NCBI GenBank assembly: GCA_041662625.1
Contig: JBAZSB010000001.1
Coordinates: 471,093 to 535,092, forward strand
Direction: 5' to 3'
Length of the DNA: 64,000 nt
From: Patescibacteria group bacterium
GTDB taxonomy: Bacteria > Patescibacteriota > Patescibacteriia > Buchananbacterales > UBA6539
Part shown: piece by piece, positions 20,801-29,777 of the stretch
Layout of the letters: each line of letters starts with the position of its first letter
How positions within the stretch are numbered: the stretch's first letter is position 1
Translations under genes and position numbers: made by a program
The notes under the pieces: generated by a model
Database searches by the model: none
Told to the model about the DNA's origin: nothing
The model's input: the letters and a program-made list of their open reading frames with translations, nothing else

Positions 20801-21151
20801 ATGACAACTTACTCTTTTGGCGGTGTAGCCAAAGAAAAAGAACCGAAACAAAGCTGCATCGAGGATGTTGTAGCTAGGCACCGAAATGGCAAAGGAGATC
20901 AAGCCGATCTAGAGGCTGCTCTGAAAGATTTGAAGACGCTTTGCGTCTTTGAACCTTCACTCCAGGAAAAAACCGGCCCGAACAAAACGTTGATAGTCGA
21001 TGTCCCGCTACGGCGGTTAACACTGGAGCAACTTCGGGCAATACTGATCGGCAACAAAGCTGAAATCCGGTTTGGATTTCTGTGGTTAGGGAAACTGACG
21101 ATAAGTAAGAAATCGGTGGTCTACCGCCGAGTTCGTTCCTTGCGCCACTAG
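20801..21151 (+). CDS. Orphan hypothetical protein
   Basis: AAGGAGGT SD upstream of ATG; downstream hairpin. Confidence 0.6.
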   Translation: MTTYSFGGVAKEKEPKQSCIEDVVARHRNGKGDQADLEAALKDLKTLCVFEPSLQEKTGPNKTLIVDVPLRRLTLEQLRAILIGNKAEIRFGFLWLGKLTISKKSVVYRRVRSLRH

Positions 21152-21249
21152 CTTTCCCGGCGACAAAATTGACTTAAAGCGATGACTTAAGTCAATTCTG
21201 TCGCTTTTTCTTTAAAGATAATATAACTGCTGGCTGACTACTTACCGGG

Positions 21250-21278
21250 TTGATTTTTTGTTTGAAACTATCTAGACT
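21250..21278 (+). promoter_or_regulatory. Sigma70 promoter of the tRNA-Pro locus
   Basis: TTGATT-17-TAGACT, 8 nt upstream of the outer tRNA 5' end. Confidence 0.6.
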
Positions 21279-21286
21279 GAAATATA

Positions 21287-21631
21287 CGGGCTGTAGCGCA
21301 GCTGCCCCGATGTCCGCCTTTGGCGGAATCGGGATCCCGACATTGCCAAAGGCAATCGTCGGGAGCTAGCGCGCATCGTTGGGCCTGCCCGCGTTGCTTT
21401 CACTGCGGGGTTAAAATTAGAAATCTAAAACCGTTCTGAGTCGGGGTATAGCGCAGCTGGCTAGCGCGCATCGTTCGGGACGATGAGGTCGCCGGTTCGA
21501 ATCCGGCTACCCCGACTCAGAACGGTTTTTCTAAAAAAGCAATGCGAAAGCAGGCGGGGAGGTCGTGGGTTTTCCGACGTGAAGTCGGAATCCCGACCAA
21601 ATGGTCGGGACAAATCCCACCAGCCCGACCA
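21287..21631 (+). tRNA. Interrupted tRNA-Pro(GGG): pieces 21287-21304, 21365-21383, 21553/21559-21571, 21611-21631 (functional or pseudogene)
   Basis: Acceptor CGGGCTG/CAGCCCG+ACCA, D-stem GCGC/GCGC and T-arm GTGGG-TTCAAAT-CCCAC are restored after removing the inserts; 3' anticodon strand imperfect. Confidence 0.75.
21442..21515 (+). tRNA. tRNA-Pro(CGG), nested inside the outer tRNA-Pro anticodon insert; no encoded CCA
   Basis: Canonical cloverleaf CGGGGTA...CATCG-TTCGGGA-CGATG...GCCGG-TTCGAAT-CCGGC-TACCCCG-A. Confidence 0.96.
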
Positions 21632-21684
21632 AATTAAATAACTTTAAATCATTTCGCTCAATTAGGCGATTTTTTGTTTTTCCC

Positions 21685-21710
21685 TGTAACAACTACCAAA
21701 ATCCAACGTC
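21685..21710 (+). promoter_or_regulatory. ECF-type promoter with the same boxes as the one before the local ECF sigma gene
   Basis: TGTAAC-N16-CGTC. Confidence 0.6.
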
Positions 21711-21716
21711 TAAGTT

Positions 21717-21922
21717 ATGCTAAAGGGGAAAACAAACCCCAAAAAACAACTAAATAAAAATACAAAAATAACCCAAAGGCCTTAAAGAAAAATGCTTCTT
21801 GAAAGCTCAGGAGGACCCGCGCCGAGGTTATTAGCTTGTATACCTAATCACCAACTTAAACTTAACACCAAAGCAACAACCCCCAAACCTAGCACATACC
21901 TCGGTAAGCCGAGGTTATTTTT
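21717..21922 (+). ncRNA. Candidate ECF-dependent sRNA or attenuated leader
   Basis: Lies between the ECF promoter and terminator ACCTCGG-TAAG-CCGAGGT-TATTTTT; only a 50-codon ORF inside. Confidence 0.4.
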
Positions 21923-21972
21923 ATCTGCCAGTCGATTCACATAACGTAGTTCTTTGAAAGGAGGTGGCAGTC

Positions 21973-22428
21973 ATGAAACCGAACGTAAGTAACGGCCATG
22001 CTGTCTCAGCAATCAAGCGACTGTCTGCCGCGCGTGCTGCCAGAAATATTGTGGGGCTCAACAGCATTTATCTGCTAACTCTAATCGTCACCATTGCCAC
22101 TCTGGCAATGTTCTGGATCGAATTTCTCTTCCCGAAGTATCACGTCGGGCTCACCCGCTCCTTTGTTTACTACAGTCTTCTGACTTTCTATGTAGTCTGC
22201 AAAGAAGCTTACCGGTGGGTCGGCTGGCACGGAGAGAAAAGAGTTGGCGCTGTATGGGTGCTGATCTGGTGGACTTCAACTTTCCTGATGGAAGTAATCA
22301 GCTTCCTGGGTCAGGAGCGGTTCACCCCCCTTGAGGAACAATATCTGGTGACAGTGGCAGTATCAGTCAACTTCTTGCTCTCGCGATTATCGAGATGTCT
22401 CTACGAAAGACGCCTGTCTAGGCGGTAA
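21973..22428 (+). CDS. Orphan membrane protein
   Basis: AAGGAGGT SD before ATG 21973; 4 TM. Confidence 0.65.
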   Translation: MKPNVSNGHAVSAIKRLSAARAARNIVGLNSIYLLTLIVTIATLAMFWIEFLFPKYHVGLTRSFVYYSLLTFYVVCKEAYRWVGWHGEKRVGAVWVLIWWTSTFLMEVISFLGQERFTPLEEQYLVTVAVSVNFLLSRLSRCLYERRLSRR

Positions 22429-22580
22429 ATCGCGAAGACCAAGAATTCCGGAGAGAGGCTCCCCTCTCTCCCTCTTTTATATCAAAATTAGGTTAGGTTG
22501 AAAAAATCACTTTAAAATCATACAATAAATATATCACTACGTTCCTTGGCCGAGGTTCAACAGAAAAGGAGGGCACCAAG

Positions 22581-22775
22581 ATGGATAAACCCAAGCATTC
22601 CAGCCATCACCGCCATACGCCCAAACCGACCTCGCCTCAAAAAGGAAAGGTCGTGAAAGAAAATGTCGTAAAACAATGGCTGTGGTTTTTGCTCTGGTGT
22701 TCCTGGTTTGGCCACAACATCAAAGGCTGCGAAGCCTGCCCCCGTTGCGGCCAATACCCCTGGTCACCAAAATAA
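22581..22775 (+). CDS. Small protein with CxxxGH...CxxC zinc-binding-like motif
   Basis: AAGGAGG SD, TTGAAA-17-TACAAT promoter, CSWFGH..CPRCG. Confidence 0.55.
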   Translation: MDKPKHSSHHRHTPKPTSPQKGKVVKENVVKQWLWFLLWCSWFGHNIKGCEACPRCGQYPWSPK

Positions 22776-22826
22776 AAGCACCTCTCCGCTTCCGGAAGGT
22801 GCTTTCGCTTTATATTTTTACATCTT

Positions 22827-23681
22827 TTATCTAAATTCTTTCAAGAGCTCGCTAATCTCCCCCTTTTTAACCTCTTGCTTGGCTAAAGGCAGCTTACTCA
22901 ATTGGGGCAACTGACTTTCATAGGTAGGACAGATGCTTCGATAAATTACACCAATAGGCAGTTTTTCTGTTTCCCCGGCTTTTTGGTAAGCGGAAAATTT
23001 ATCATCTGGCTTATAACCAACATCATCCAGCTTATAAACTTTAGCTTTATATTGCTCGCGGATATCTTTATCGTTGAAGATGACGCAGGGCTGTAAAACA
23101 TCAACCAAAGAAAAGCCCGGATGAGCAATGGCTTTTTTGAAAAGTTCTTTGAGATGAACCACTTCATCAGCATAACCTTGGGCCACAAAAGTTGCCCCAG
23201 CGGTAATGGCCACTTGCATACCGTTTAAAGGATATTCAATCAAGCCATCCGGCGTTGATTTGGTTTTTTCACAATGCTCAGTAGTCGGCGAGGCCTGACC
23301 GGTAGTTAAACTGTAGCGATGATTATTATGAATGATATAAGTGAGATCAACATTGCCCCGGCAAGTATGAACAAAATGATTACCACCTTCACCGTATCCC
23401 CCGCCGTCGCCGGAAATGGCAATGACTTTCAAATCATGGTTCGCCAGTTTAACCGCATAAGCCACCGGTAACGGCCGGCCATGAAGGCTATGAAAACCAT
23501 AAAGCTTATGCCAATTGGCGCCATTGCCGCAACAACCAATATCAAAACTCATTACCACTTGATGCGGCTCTAAATTCAGCTCAGCCAAAGCCTGACGCAG
23601 GGCGGTCCAAATACCAAAATTACCGCAGCCTGGACACCAGGTCGGCTTAACTTGAGTCATAAAATCAATATCTTTGGCCAT
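22827..23681 (-). CDS. korB: 2-oxoacid:ferredoxin oxidoreductase beta subunit
   Basis: PTWCPGCG, DIGC, HGR, GDG TPP-binding motif, LTTGQASPT. Confidence 0.92.
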   Translation of the reverse strand: MAKDIDFMTQVKPTWCPGCGNFGIWTALRQALAELNLEPHQVVMSFDIGCCGNGANWHKLYGFHSLHGRPLPVAYAVKLANHDLKVIAISGDGGGYGEGGNHFVHTCRGNVDLTYIIHNNHRYSLTTGQASPTTEHCEKTKSTPDGLIEYPLNGMQVAITAGATFVAQGYADEVVHLKELFKKAIAHPGFSLVDVLQPCVIFNDKDIREQYKAKVYKLDDVGYKPDDKFSAYQKAGETEKLPIGVIYRSICPTYESQLPQLSKLPLAKQEVKKGEISELLKEFR

Positions 23682-23787
23682 ACTTTATCAATTTTTAATT
23701 TTGAATTTCTAATTTTGAATAAATTTCTAATAATTCAATATTCTAATATTCAAAATTGATTAAAAATTTAAAATTAAAAATTCGAAA

Positions 23788-25530
23788 TTATTTCAAGTTT
23801 TTAATCAGCTCGACCACTTCTTCCGGGAAAAACTGGGCGCCATTATATTTATTTAGTCTTTGGTCAACTTTGATCCCAGCCACTTCCTGCAAAATGTTGG
23901 CGAGCTGGCCATCATAATTATTTTCAATACAAACTAACTTCTTTACGCCTTTCAAAGCCTTCTGCAGTTTTTCTACACCAAGCGGCCACGGTGCGACCAA
24001 GTGCAAATAATTGACATCAGCCAAAACTTTCAACGCTTCCAAAACCGGACCTTTAACCGAACCCCAGCCGATCAAAGTCAGTTTGGCTGATTTGGGACCA
24101 AATAATTCCGGGGCCGGCAAATCTTTTAAAACACCGCCAAGCTTGGCCGAACGCTTTTCCACCATTTGATTACGAATCTGCGGGGTAAAGCCTTCAATCG
24201 TAAAACCAAGCTCATCATGCTCGTCACTGTTGGCCAAGTAAACTCCGCCTTTTTGGCCGGGAATTGAACGGGGTGAAACCCCGGACTTAGTGACTAAATA
24301 GCGTTTAAATTCAGCCATCTTATTCAGTTGCTCATCAGTTAATAACTGCCCGCGGTCAATTTCAACCTTGGCTAAATCCGGTGGCAGAATTGATTGGTGA
24401 CCTTCGGAAATATATTTATCCAGCAGAATAAAAACGGGAATCTGCCATTTTTCAGCAATATTAAAGGCTTGGGTAGTTAAATAAAAAGCTTCAATCGGAT
24501 CGCCCGGAGCCAGAATTACCCGGACGAACTCGCCATGGCCGGCATGAGCTAAATAGGCTAAATCACCTTGTTCTGTCCAGGTGGGCAGGCCGGTGGCCGG
24601 ACCGGGCCGTTGTGATTCAAAAATAACTACTGGTGTTTCCGTTATCCCGGCTAAAGCCAAAGCCTCAGTCATTAAAGCAAACCCGCCGCCGGAAGTGGCA
24701 GTTGCCGCTCTGACTCCGGCAAAGTTGGCACCAATTGCCATATGGATGGCCGAAATCTCGTCTTCGGGGTGTTTGACTACCATGCCGGTCTTTTGCTGCC
24801 AAGCCGCCAGGTTATGCAAAATTGATGAAGCTGGTGTCATCGGATAAGAGGCAAAAAATTTACAATCCGCTGCAACCGCACCCAGACAGGCCGTGTCATT
24901 GGAAGTAACAATAATGGAATCTTTATTTTTGCCTACTGCCTTAAGTTTATAAGGAAATTTCTCCGCTTCCAAATTAGCTTTGGCGTAATCATAGCCAAAT
25001 TTGGCCGCCGTAATATTCATGGCTACTACTTCCTCACCCTTACCGGCAAAAGCATCTTTAATTACTTCATTTAAAATTTCTAAGTTAAAATCCAGTAAAG
25101 CCGCACTGGCGCCGGTAATAATGATATTAGCCGCAATTGGCTTAATTTGGGCTTGGCTGGCTAATTTTTCCAAAGGCAACGGGTAAACCTTGACGCCTTT
25201 GGTTTCCCCGGGCTTAATTTCAAATTTATCGCTATCATATAAAATCACGCCATCAGACATCATATCGGGCAGACAATAATCAAAGGCCTCACGGTTTAAG
25301 GCAATTAAGAGCTGGGTTTTTTGGTAAATCGCCATTACCGGCTCCTGACCAACGCTAACCCGATAGGTTACTAAACCGCCGCGGATCCGGGAAGGATATT
25401 CTGAGCTGTCAAAAGTAAAAAGGCCGCCGCGAACACAGGCCTTAGTAAAAATCAGGCCAGCTATTTGCTGTCCCCCGCCGGCAATACCGCCGATTTTCCA
25501 GGTAAAAATATTGTTGTTACTATCTTTCAT
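23788..25530 (-). CDS. korA: 2-oxoacid:ferredoxin oxidoreductase alpha subunit
   Basis: GGIAGGG, EYPSRIRGG, YPMTPAS, EDEI, ATSGGGF, QRPGPATGLPT. Confidence 0.92.
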   Translation of the reverse strand: MKDSNNNIFTWKIGGIAGGGQQIAGLIFTKACVRGGLFTFDSSEYPSRIRGGLVTYRVSVGQEPVMAIYQKTQLLIALNREAFDYCLPDMMSDGVILYDSDKFEIKPGETKGVKVYPLPLEKLASQAQIKPIAANIIITGASAALLDFNLEILNEVIKDAFAGKGEEVVAMNITAAKFGYDYAKANLEAEKFPYKLKAVGKNKDSIIVTSNDTACLGAVAADCKFFASYPMTPASSILHNLAAWQQKTGMVVKHPEDEISAIHMAIGANFAGVRAATATSGGGFALMTEALALAGITETPVVIFESQRPGPATGLPTWTEQGDLAYLAHAGHGEFVRVILAPGDPIEAFYLTTQAFNIAEKWQIPVFILLDKYISEGHQSILPPDLAKVEIDRGQLLTDEQLNKMAEFKRYLVTKSGVSPRSIPGQKGGVYLANSDEHDELGFTIEGFTPQIRNQMVEKRSAKLGGVLKDLPAPELFGPKSAKLTLIGWGSVKGPVLEALKVLADVNYLHLVAPWPLGVEKLQKALKGVKKLVCIENNYDGQLANILQEVAGIKVDQRLNKYNGAQFFPEEVVELIKNLK

Positions 25531-25621
25531 GCTTTTATATTTTAGCACAAAGGCTATAAATTTAAAAGGAGTAAAAAATAAAAAGCTGTTTAATTTCTTA
25601 ATTTATTAATTTTTTATTTTC

Positions 25622-26965
25622 TTAATACTGCAGCACCATCTTCGGTTCTTTGGTTTCTTTAAATTGATGTTTAACCACTTTTTCAATATTATAGGTGCCA
25701 AATTTAGGTGCTTCCAGAAAACCTTGGATAGCCGCCTCGGCAAACCAGCCGGAATTAACCCAGTCAAAAAGCCATTCATTACAATACCTTGGGTCATCTT
25801 GGCTGGCCGCGGCACCAATTGTCCTTAGCCAGGTCCGGTTGAATTCCTCTTGCGAACCAATCGGCGGGGCAATGATAATCGGCAAACCTAGGGCGGCGTA
25901 AAAACTAAGTTCTGACGGCTTAGTCCATAAAATATCAGTTGTCCGTAAAGCGGTGTTAAACTTTTTGAAATAACTTTCTTTGTTTTCGGCAAAAATTATT
26001 TTTACTCCTCTCTCAATTTCTTTGGCCAACCCCGCTGCTTTGGCGGCTTGACGAAAATAACGGCTCAAGCTGTTATGAATGCCGGCCACCAAAATCATCC
26101 GAATTCTTTTGGTCAAAATATCATTTTTCAAACTATTCAAAGCGGTTGTGCCAATCTCCCGTTGGGCGCCGGCACCGCCGACCGAAAACATTAAAGTCAA
26201 AGGATGATTGCTTTTAGGTGGCAATTTTTTAATCCCCAAATGCCGCTGGATTGTTTCCCGATCTTTGTCCCAGTATCTCTTTTTTGGATCTAAATTGATC
26301 AGCCGCTTGATTAGATCATCTTTTAAAACACTTAATTTGGAATTACCGATATTTTCCAAAGGTAAGGGAAAGCCGGTTAAAAATATTTTTTCTGTCCGAA
26401 CGCCATAAAGTTTAAGCCGTTCAACCACCCGGTAACTTGGGGCAAAATAATTAATCCGGCTGGCACTGGGATCTTTCGGCGCCCAGGCCCGATTAATATC
26501 ACTGTCGGTTGCCAAACAATAAATTTCTCCGGGATAATTAAAAACTTCGGCCATAAACGCGGGAATAAAAAAAGTGGCAATCAAAGGCACTGGCTTTTTT
26601 GCCAACGTATTAATCAAATGCTTGCCCCAACCTTGGCTTTCAATCAGATAGTAAATTTGCTTAACCTGCATGCTTAAATTAGAAAGATCACGTCGGGGAT
26701 AAAATTTTGGAATCTTTTGCAAATTATCATAAAACCTCCAGGCGGGTTGACCAACGAGAGGCAAATTTTTGAACCGGGACATAAATTCATAAAACTCTCG
26801 GCTTTGCCGCCATAAATTCCGGTCTTTGCTGGGAATACCCGGATAAGTATTGGCTGTGATGATCCGGTTTCTGTAAGCCAAATACTTTAAAGGATAAGCC
26901 GCCCTTTGGTGGCCATAACCCATATCAACAGAAACTACCCATGCCTTTCGGTTATTCTTCAACAT
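25622..26965 (-). CDS. GT-B fold (MGDG synthase-like) protein
   Basis: VDMGYGHQRAA, TGFP, GGAG, TKPSEL, PIGSQEEFN. Confidence 0.65.
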   Translation of the reverse strand: MLKNNRKAWVVSVDMGYGHQRAAYPLKYLAYRNRIITANTYPGIPSKDRNLWRQSREFYEFMSRFKNLPLVGQPAWRFYDNLQKIPKFYPRRDLSNLSMQVKQIYYLIESQGWGKHLINTLAKKPVPLIATFFIPAFMAEVFNYPGEIYCLATDSDINRAWAPKDPSASRINYFAPSYRVVERLKLYGVRTEKIFLTGFPLPLENIGNSKLSVLKDDLIKRLINLDPKKRYWDKDRETIQRHLGIKKLPPKSNHPLTLMFSVGGAGAQREIGTTALNSLKNDILTKRIRMILVAGIHNSLSRYFRQAAKAAGLAKEIERGVKIIFAENKESYFKKFNTALRTTDILWTKPSELSFYAALGLPIIIAPPIGSQEEFNRTWLRTIGAAASQDDPRYCNEWLFDWVNSGWFAEAAIQGFLEAPKFGTYNIEKVVKHQFKETKEPKMVLQY

Positions 26966-27067
26966 ATTTTGTATAAATAATTAAGAAAATAAGAAATTAA
27001 GAAATTAAGGCTAAAATATGGCTTTAATTTTTTAATTTTTTAATTTTTTAATTTCTTATTCCTAGTT

Positions 27068-28381
27068 TCACCCTGCTTTAATTTTACCAAAAAATTGCCT
27101 TAAACAAAAGATTAAAAATAAAATGCCTAAAGGTACTAATTGCAAATTAACCCAGGCCAAAGCACTTAAATCATAAGCTTGAGCGGTCAATAAAATAACA
27201 CTATTATAAGCCAGAAATATCAGACCAATCATTAAAGCCAAATAACGCAGGGCAAAATTACGTCCACTAAGCTTAAGCTTAAAAAGAATAATTGCTAAAA
27301 TCACTGACCAAAGCCAATTAAAATCGCTGAAAGTATCGAGCCGATTACCAAGACGAAAAACCAGCCAGGGAAAAATTGTCACAACCGGCCAAAGCCAATA
27401 CAAAAATAATTGTTTCAGACGATATTTTTTCTTTAACCAAAAAACTAAAGTGGTGGCTAAAATGAAAGGAAAAATAATCCACAAACCATCGTTTTTAATC
27501 CAAAGACTAAAAGCTAGCGCAATACCCGAAAAATAGAAAAAAGAATTGCCGGCCCCGGCCAAATAATAAAAAAAGCTGGCAATGGTCAAAAATAGAAATA
27601 CCGAGAAAAACAAATCAATATAAGAAACTTGGGTATAGAAATAAAGCAAAGGTAAGCTGCTTAAAAGATACAAACCAAGCAATTTTAACCAACGATTGAC
27701 CTGCAAAGGCAGGGAAAAATAAAAAATTAACAGCAGCATCAGGTAATAAAAGACGCTGGCTAAATTAATGTAGCGATCTTCAAAACTGCCAGCAGCTTGG
27801 GCCAGCCAAACTTTAAAAATCGGATCAAAAAGCGGAGAGTTTTTACTGTCCCCAAAATCAAAAAAACTGGATTCTTCTAAGCTAGCAGTCTTGCCGGTAT
27901 AGATCACTTCCGCCTTAAGATTCGAATTATCGGAGGCAGCGAGGTCATAAACTGGAATATTAGTTATCCGCCAAACACTGGCTACTAGCTGAGCTAAGAT
28001 TATCAAAATTAAAATGCCTAAGGCCAATTGCTGCCCTTTTGACCAATGAAAAAAACTTTTAATTTGTTTAGTCAAAAATGGCTTTAATCTTTTCAAGTTG
28101 GGCCAAGGAATTTTACGTTCAAAAATAAAAATCACCAGGCCAAAACCAAATATTTGGCCAACCGCCGAGTAGACAAAGACCCAAGGTGCCAGTTCAAAAC
28201 CGCCAAAAACATTAGTAGCAAAAACATCGAGGGTAAAGCCAACCAGGCCAATCAGCCAGCCGGTAAAAAACTTAAAGCCAAAACTAAAATTTTTTGATCG
28301 ATCAATTAAATAAATCAAAAGGTAGCCGCGCGGCCAAATCAGGCAAATTGCCAAAATTATTTTTAACCAAACCCAAATCAT
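27068..28381 (-). CDS. Polytopic membrane protein, GT-C-like
   Basis: Many TM segments, WIKNDG motif. Confidence 0.65.
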   Translation of the reverse strand: MIWVWLKIILAICLIWPRGYLLIYLIDRSKNFSFGFKFFTGWLIGLVGFTLDVFATNVFGGFELAPWVFVYSAVGQIFGFGLVIFIFERKIPWPNLKRLKPFLTKQIKSFFHWSKGQQLALGILILIILAQLVASVWRITNIPVYDLAASDNSNLKAEVIYTGKTASLEESSFFDFGDSKNSPLFDPIFKVWLAQAAGSFEDRYINLASVFYYLMLLLIFYFSLPLQVNRWLKLLGLYLLSSLPLLYFYTQVSYIDLFFSVFLFLTIASFFYYLAGAGNSFFYFSGIALAFSLWIKNDGLWIIFPFILATTLVFWLKKKYRLKQLFLYWLWPVVTIFPWLVFRLGNRLDTFSDFNWLWSVILAIILFKLKLSGRNFALRYLALMIGLIFLAYNSVILLTAQAYDLSALAWVNLQLVPLGILFLIFCLRQFFGKIKAG

Positions 28382-28550
28382 TTTTCTCTAAAAATTTGTT
28401 AATACATAAAGCCTTGCAAGAAGGCTGCTCAAAACTACTAAAATTCACTTGATCATACTTTCATTTTACCTGATTTTTCCCAATAAAAAAAGGAGTCAAA
28501 CGCCCTCGCCACCAATTCGACTCCAATGTGCTCAAAATTGCTAGTTTGTC

Positions 28551-29036
28551 CTAGCCGCCCCGCCGCTTGGCCGCCTTCTCCTGCATCGTTTTGATCTGAC
28601 CTTCAAGTAAGGCCAAAGGAACATTGGTGTCGGCGGCTAACTTCTCCGCCAAAATCTTGCGGCGCCGAGCCTCCCAAATCACTGCTCCCTGGAGCAAATC
28701 AAAGGGTGGCTTGCCTTCGTCCGCCCGTTCTTGATTGATAGGGGCCAAAACAATTATAGCTTCGATCATATCAGCGGCGCTAAACGCAAAGTCATAGCCT
28801 TGCGCTAAAAGACCCTGCATGACCAACAGCAGCCGGTCATGAAACCGGCCAGGAACAATGGCGGTACCCAGGACCTGCTCGGCCAATTTGACTCTTAGGG
28901 GGTCAACCCCAAGGTATAACCGCCAATAGTCAGCCGCGCTAAGACCGGCCTTCCTTCTTTTCGTTTCTTCAGTTGATGCAGCGGGTTGAGCGGCGCCCGG
29001 CACACCTTTATCTCTTCGAGACCAAGGCCAATTCAT
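28551..29036 (-). CDS. Orphan hypothetical protein (GC-rich cassette)
   Basis: GGAGGA SD; TTGAAA-17-TAAGAT on the minus strand at 29080-29108. Confidence 0.6.
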   Translation of the reverse strand: MNWPWSRRDKGVPGAAQPAASTEETKRRKAGLSAADYWRLYLGVDPLRVKLAEQVLGTAIVPGRFHDRLLLVMQGLLAQGYDFAFSAADMIEAIIVLAPINQERADEGKPPFDLLQGAVIWEARRRKILAEKLAADTNVPLALLEGQIKTMQEKAAKRRGG

Positions 29037-29140
29037 CGGCTTTCCTCCACTGGTTACAAACTCCCTCCGTTAGTAAAGTATCTTAGCAGAAACTGAATTA
29101 CTTTTCAATATCGATAATCACCAAAGATGTTATGTGGGAC

Positions 29141-29360
29141 GGGGGTTTGGGGGTCAACATTGACCCTTCGACAAGCTCAGGGTCACTTCGAGCAAGGTCG
29201 AGAAGTGAGCCCAACGCGAGCAAAAGATAGTTTGATTGGCACCAAAGGCGAATTGTTGACCCCCAAAACTTTTGGTTACTTTTGGTTACAAAAGTAACCC
29301 TCGCCGCCTCTCGATAAACTCGAAGCGGCCTTGAGCGAAGCCGAAAGGCCGGAGGCGAAA
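29141..29360. repeat. Composite REP/MITE-like element with two nested double-hairpin inserts
   Basis: TTTGGGGGTCAACA/TGTTGACCCCCAAA; GTTACTTTTG..CAAAAGTAAC; inserts at about 29161-29208 and 29303-29350. Confidence 0.7.
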
Positions 29361-29495
29361 GACGAAAAGAGATTTAGAAGCTAAATCAACCTAGGTGATG
29401 ATGACAGAAAAATAGCTTGATAGAACTGAGTTTGATCTAATAACAAAAGAGAACCGTGTGTCCACGGAACTCTTTTGCAAAACAATGTTACTCAA

Positions 29496-29777
29496 TTACA
29501 ATATTGCTTCTTTGGCCACTTTGGAAACTCGGAATTTAACCACGGTTTTGGCCGGGATCTTGATTTCTTCACCAGTGGCTGGGTTGCGGCCCATTCTGGC
29601 TTTCCGGTTGACTTTAACTAATTTGCCGACACCCGAAATGGTAAATTCACCGCTGCTTTTTACTTCTTTGTAAGCCAGCTCTACAAACTTGTCTAAAAAG
29701 CTAGCGACGTCTTTTTTACTCATGCCTGTGCTTTCAGCTAAAGCGGCAAGCACTTGTGATTTTGTCATTTTTGCCAT
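29496..29777 (-). CDS. hup: DNA-binding protein HU
   Basis: MTKSQV..LAE, RKARMGRNPATGEEIKIPAK. Confidence 0.95.
   Translation of the reverse strand: MAKMTKSQVLAALAESTGMSKKDVASFLDKFVELAYKEVKSSGEFTISGVGKLVKVNRKARMGRNPATGEEIKIPAKTVVKFRVSKVAKEAIL

Noticed and set aside
21384-21558. Group I intron in the tRNA anticodon loop
   Set aside because: Only about 100 nt remain besides the nested tRNA, nearly all in one rod-like stem. I could not see a P3-P7 core or a 5' splice-site U.
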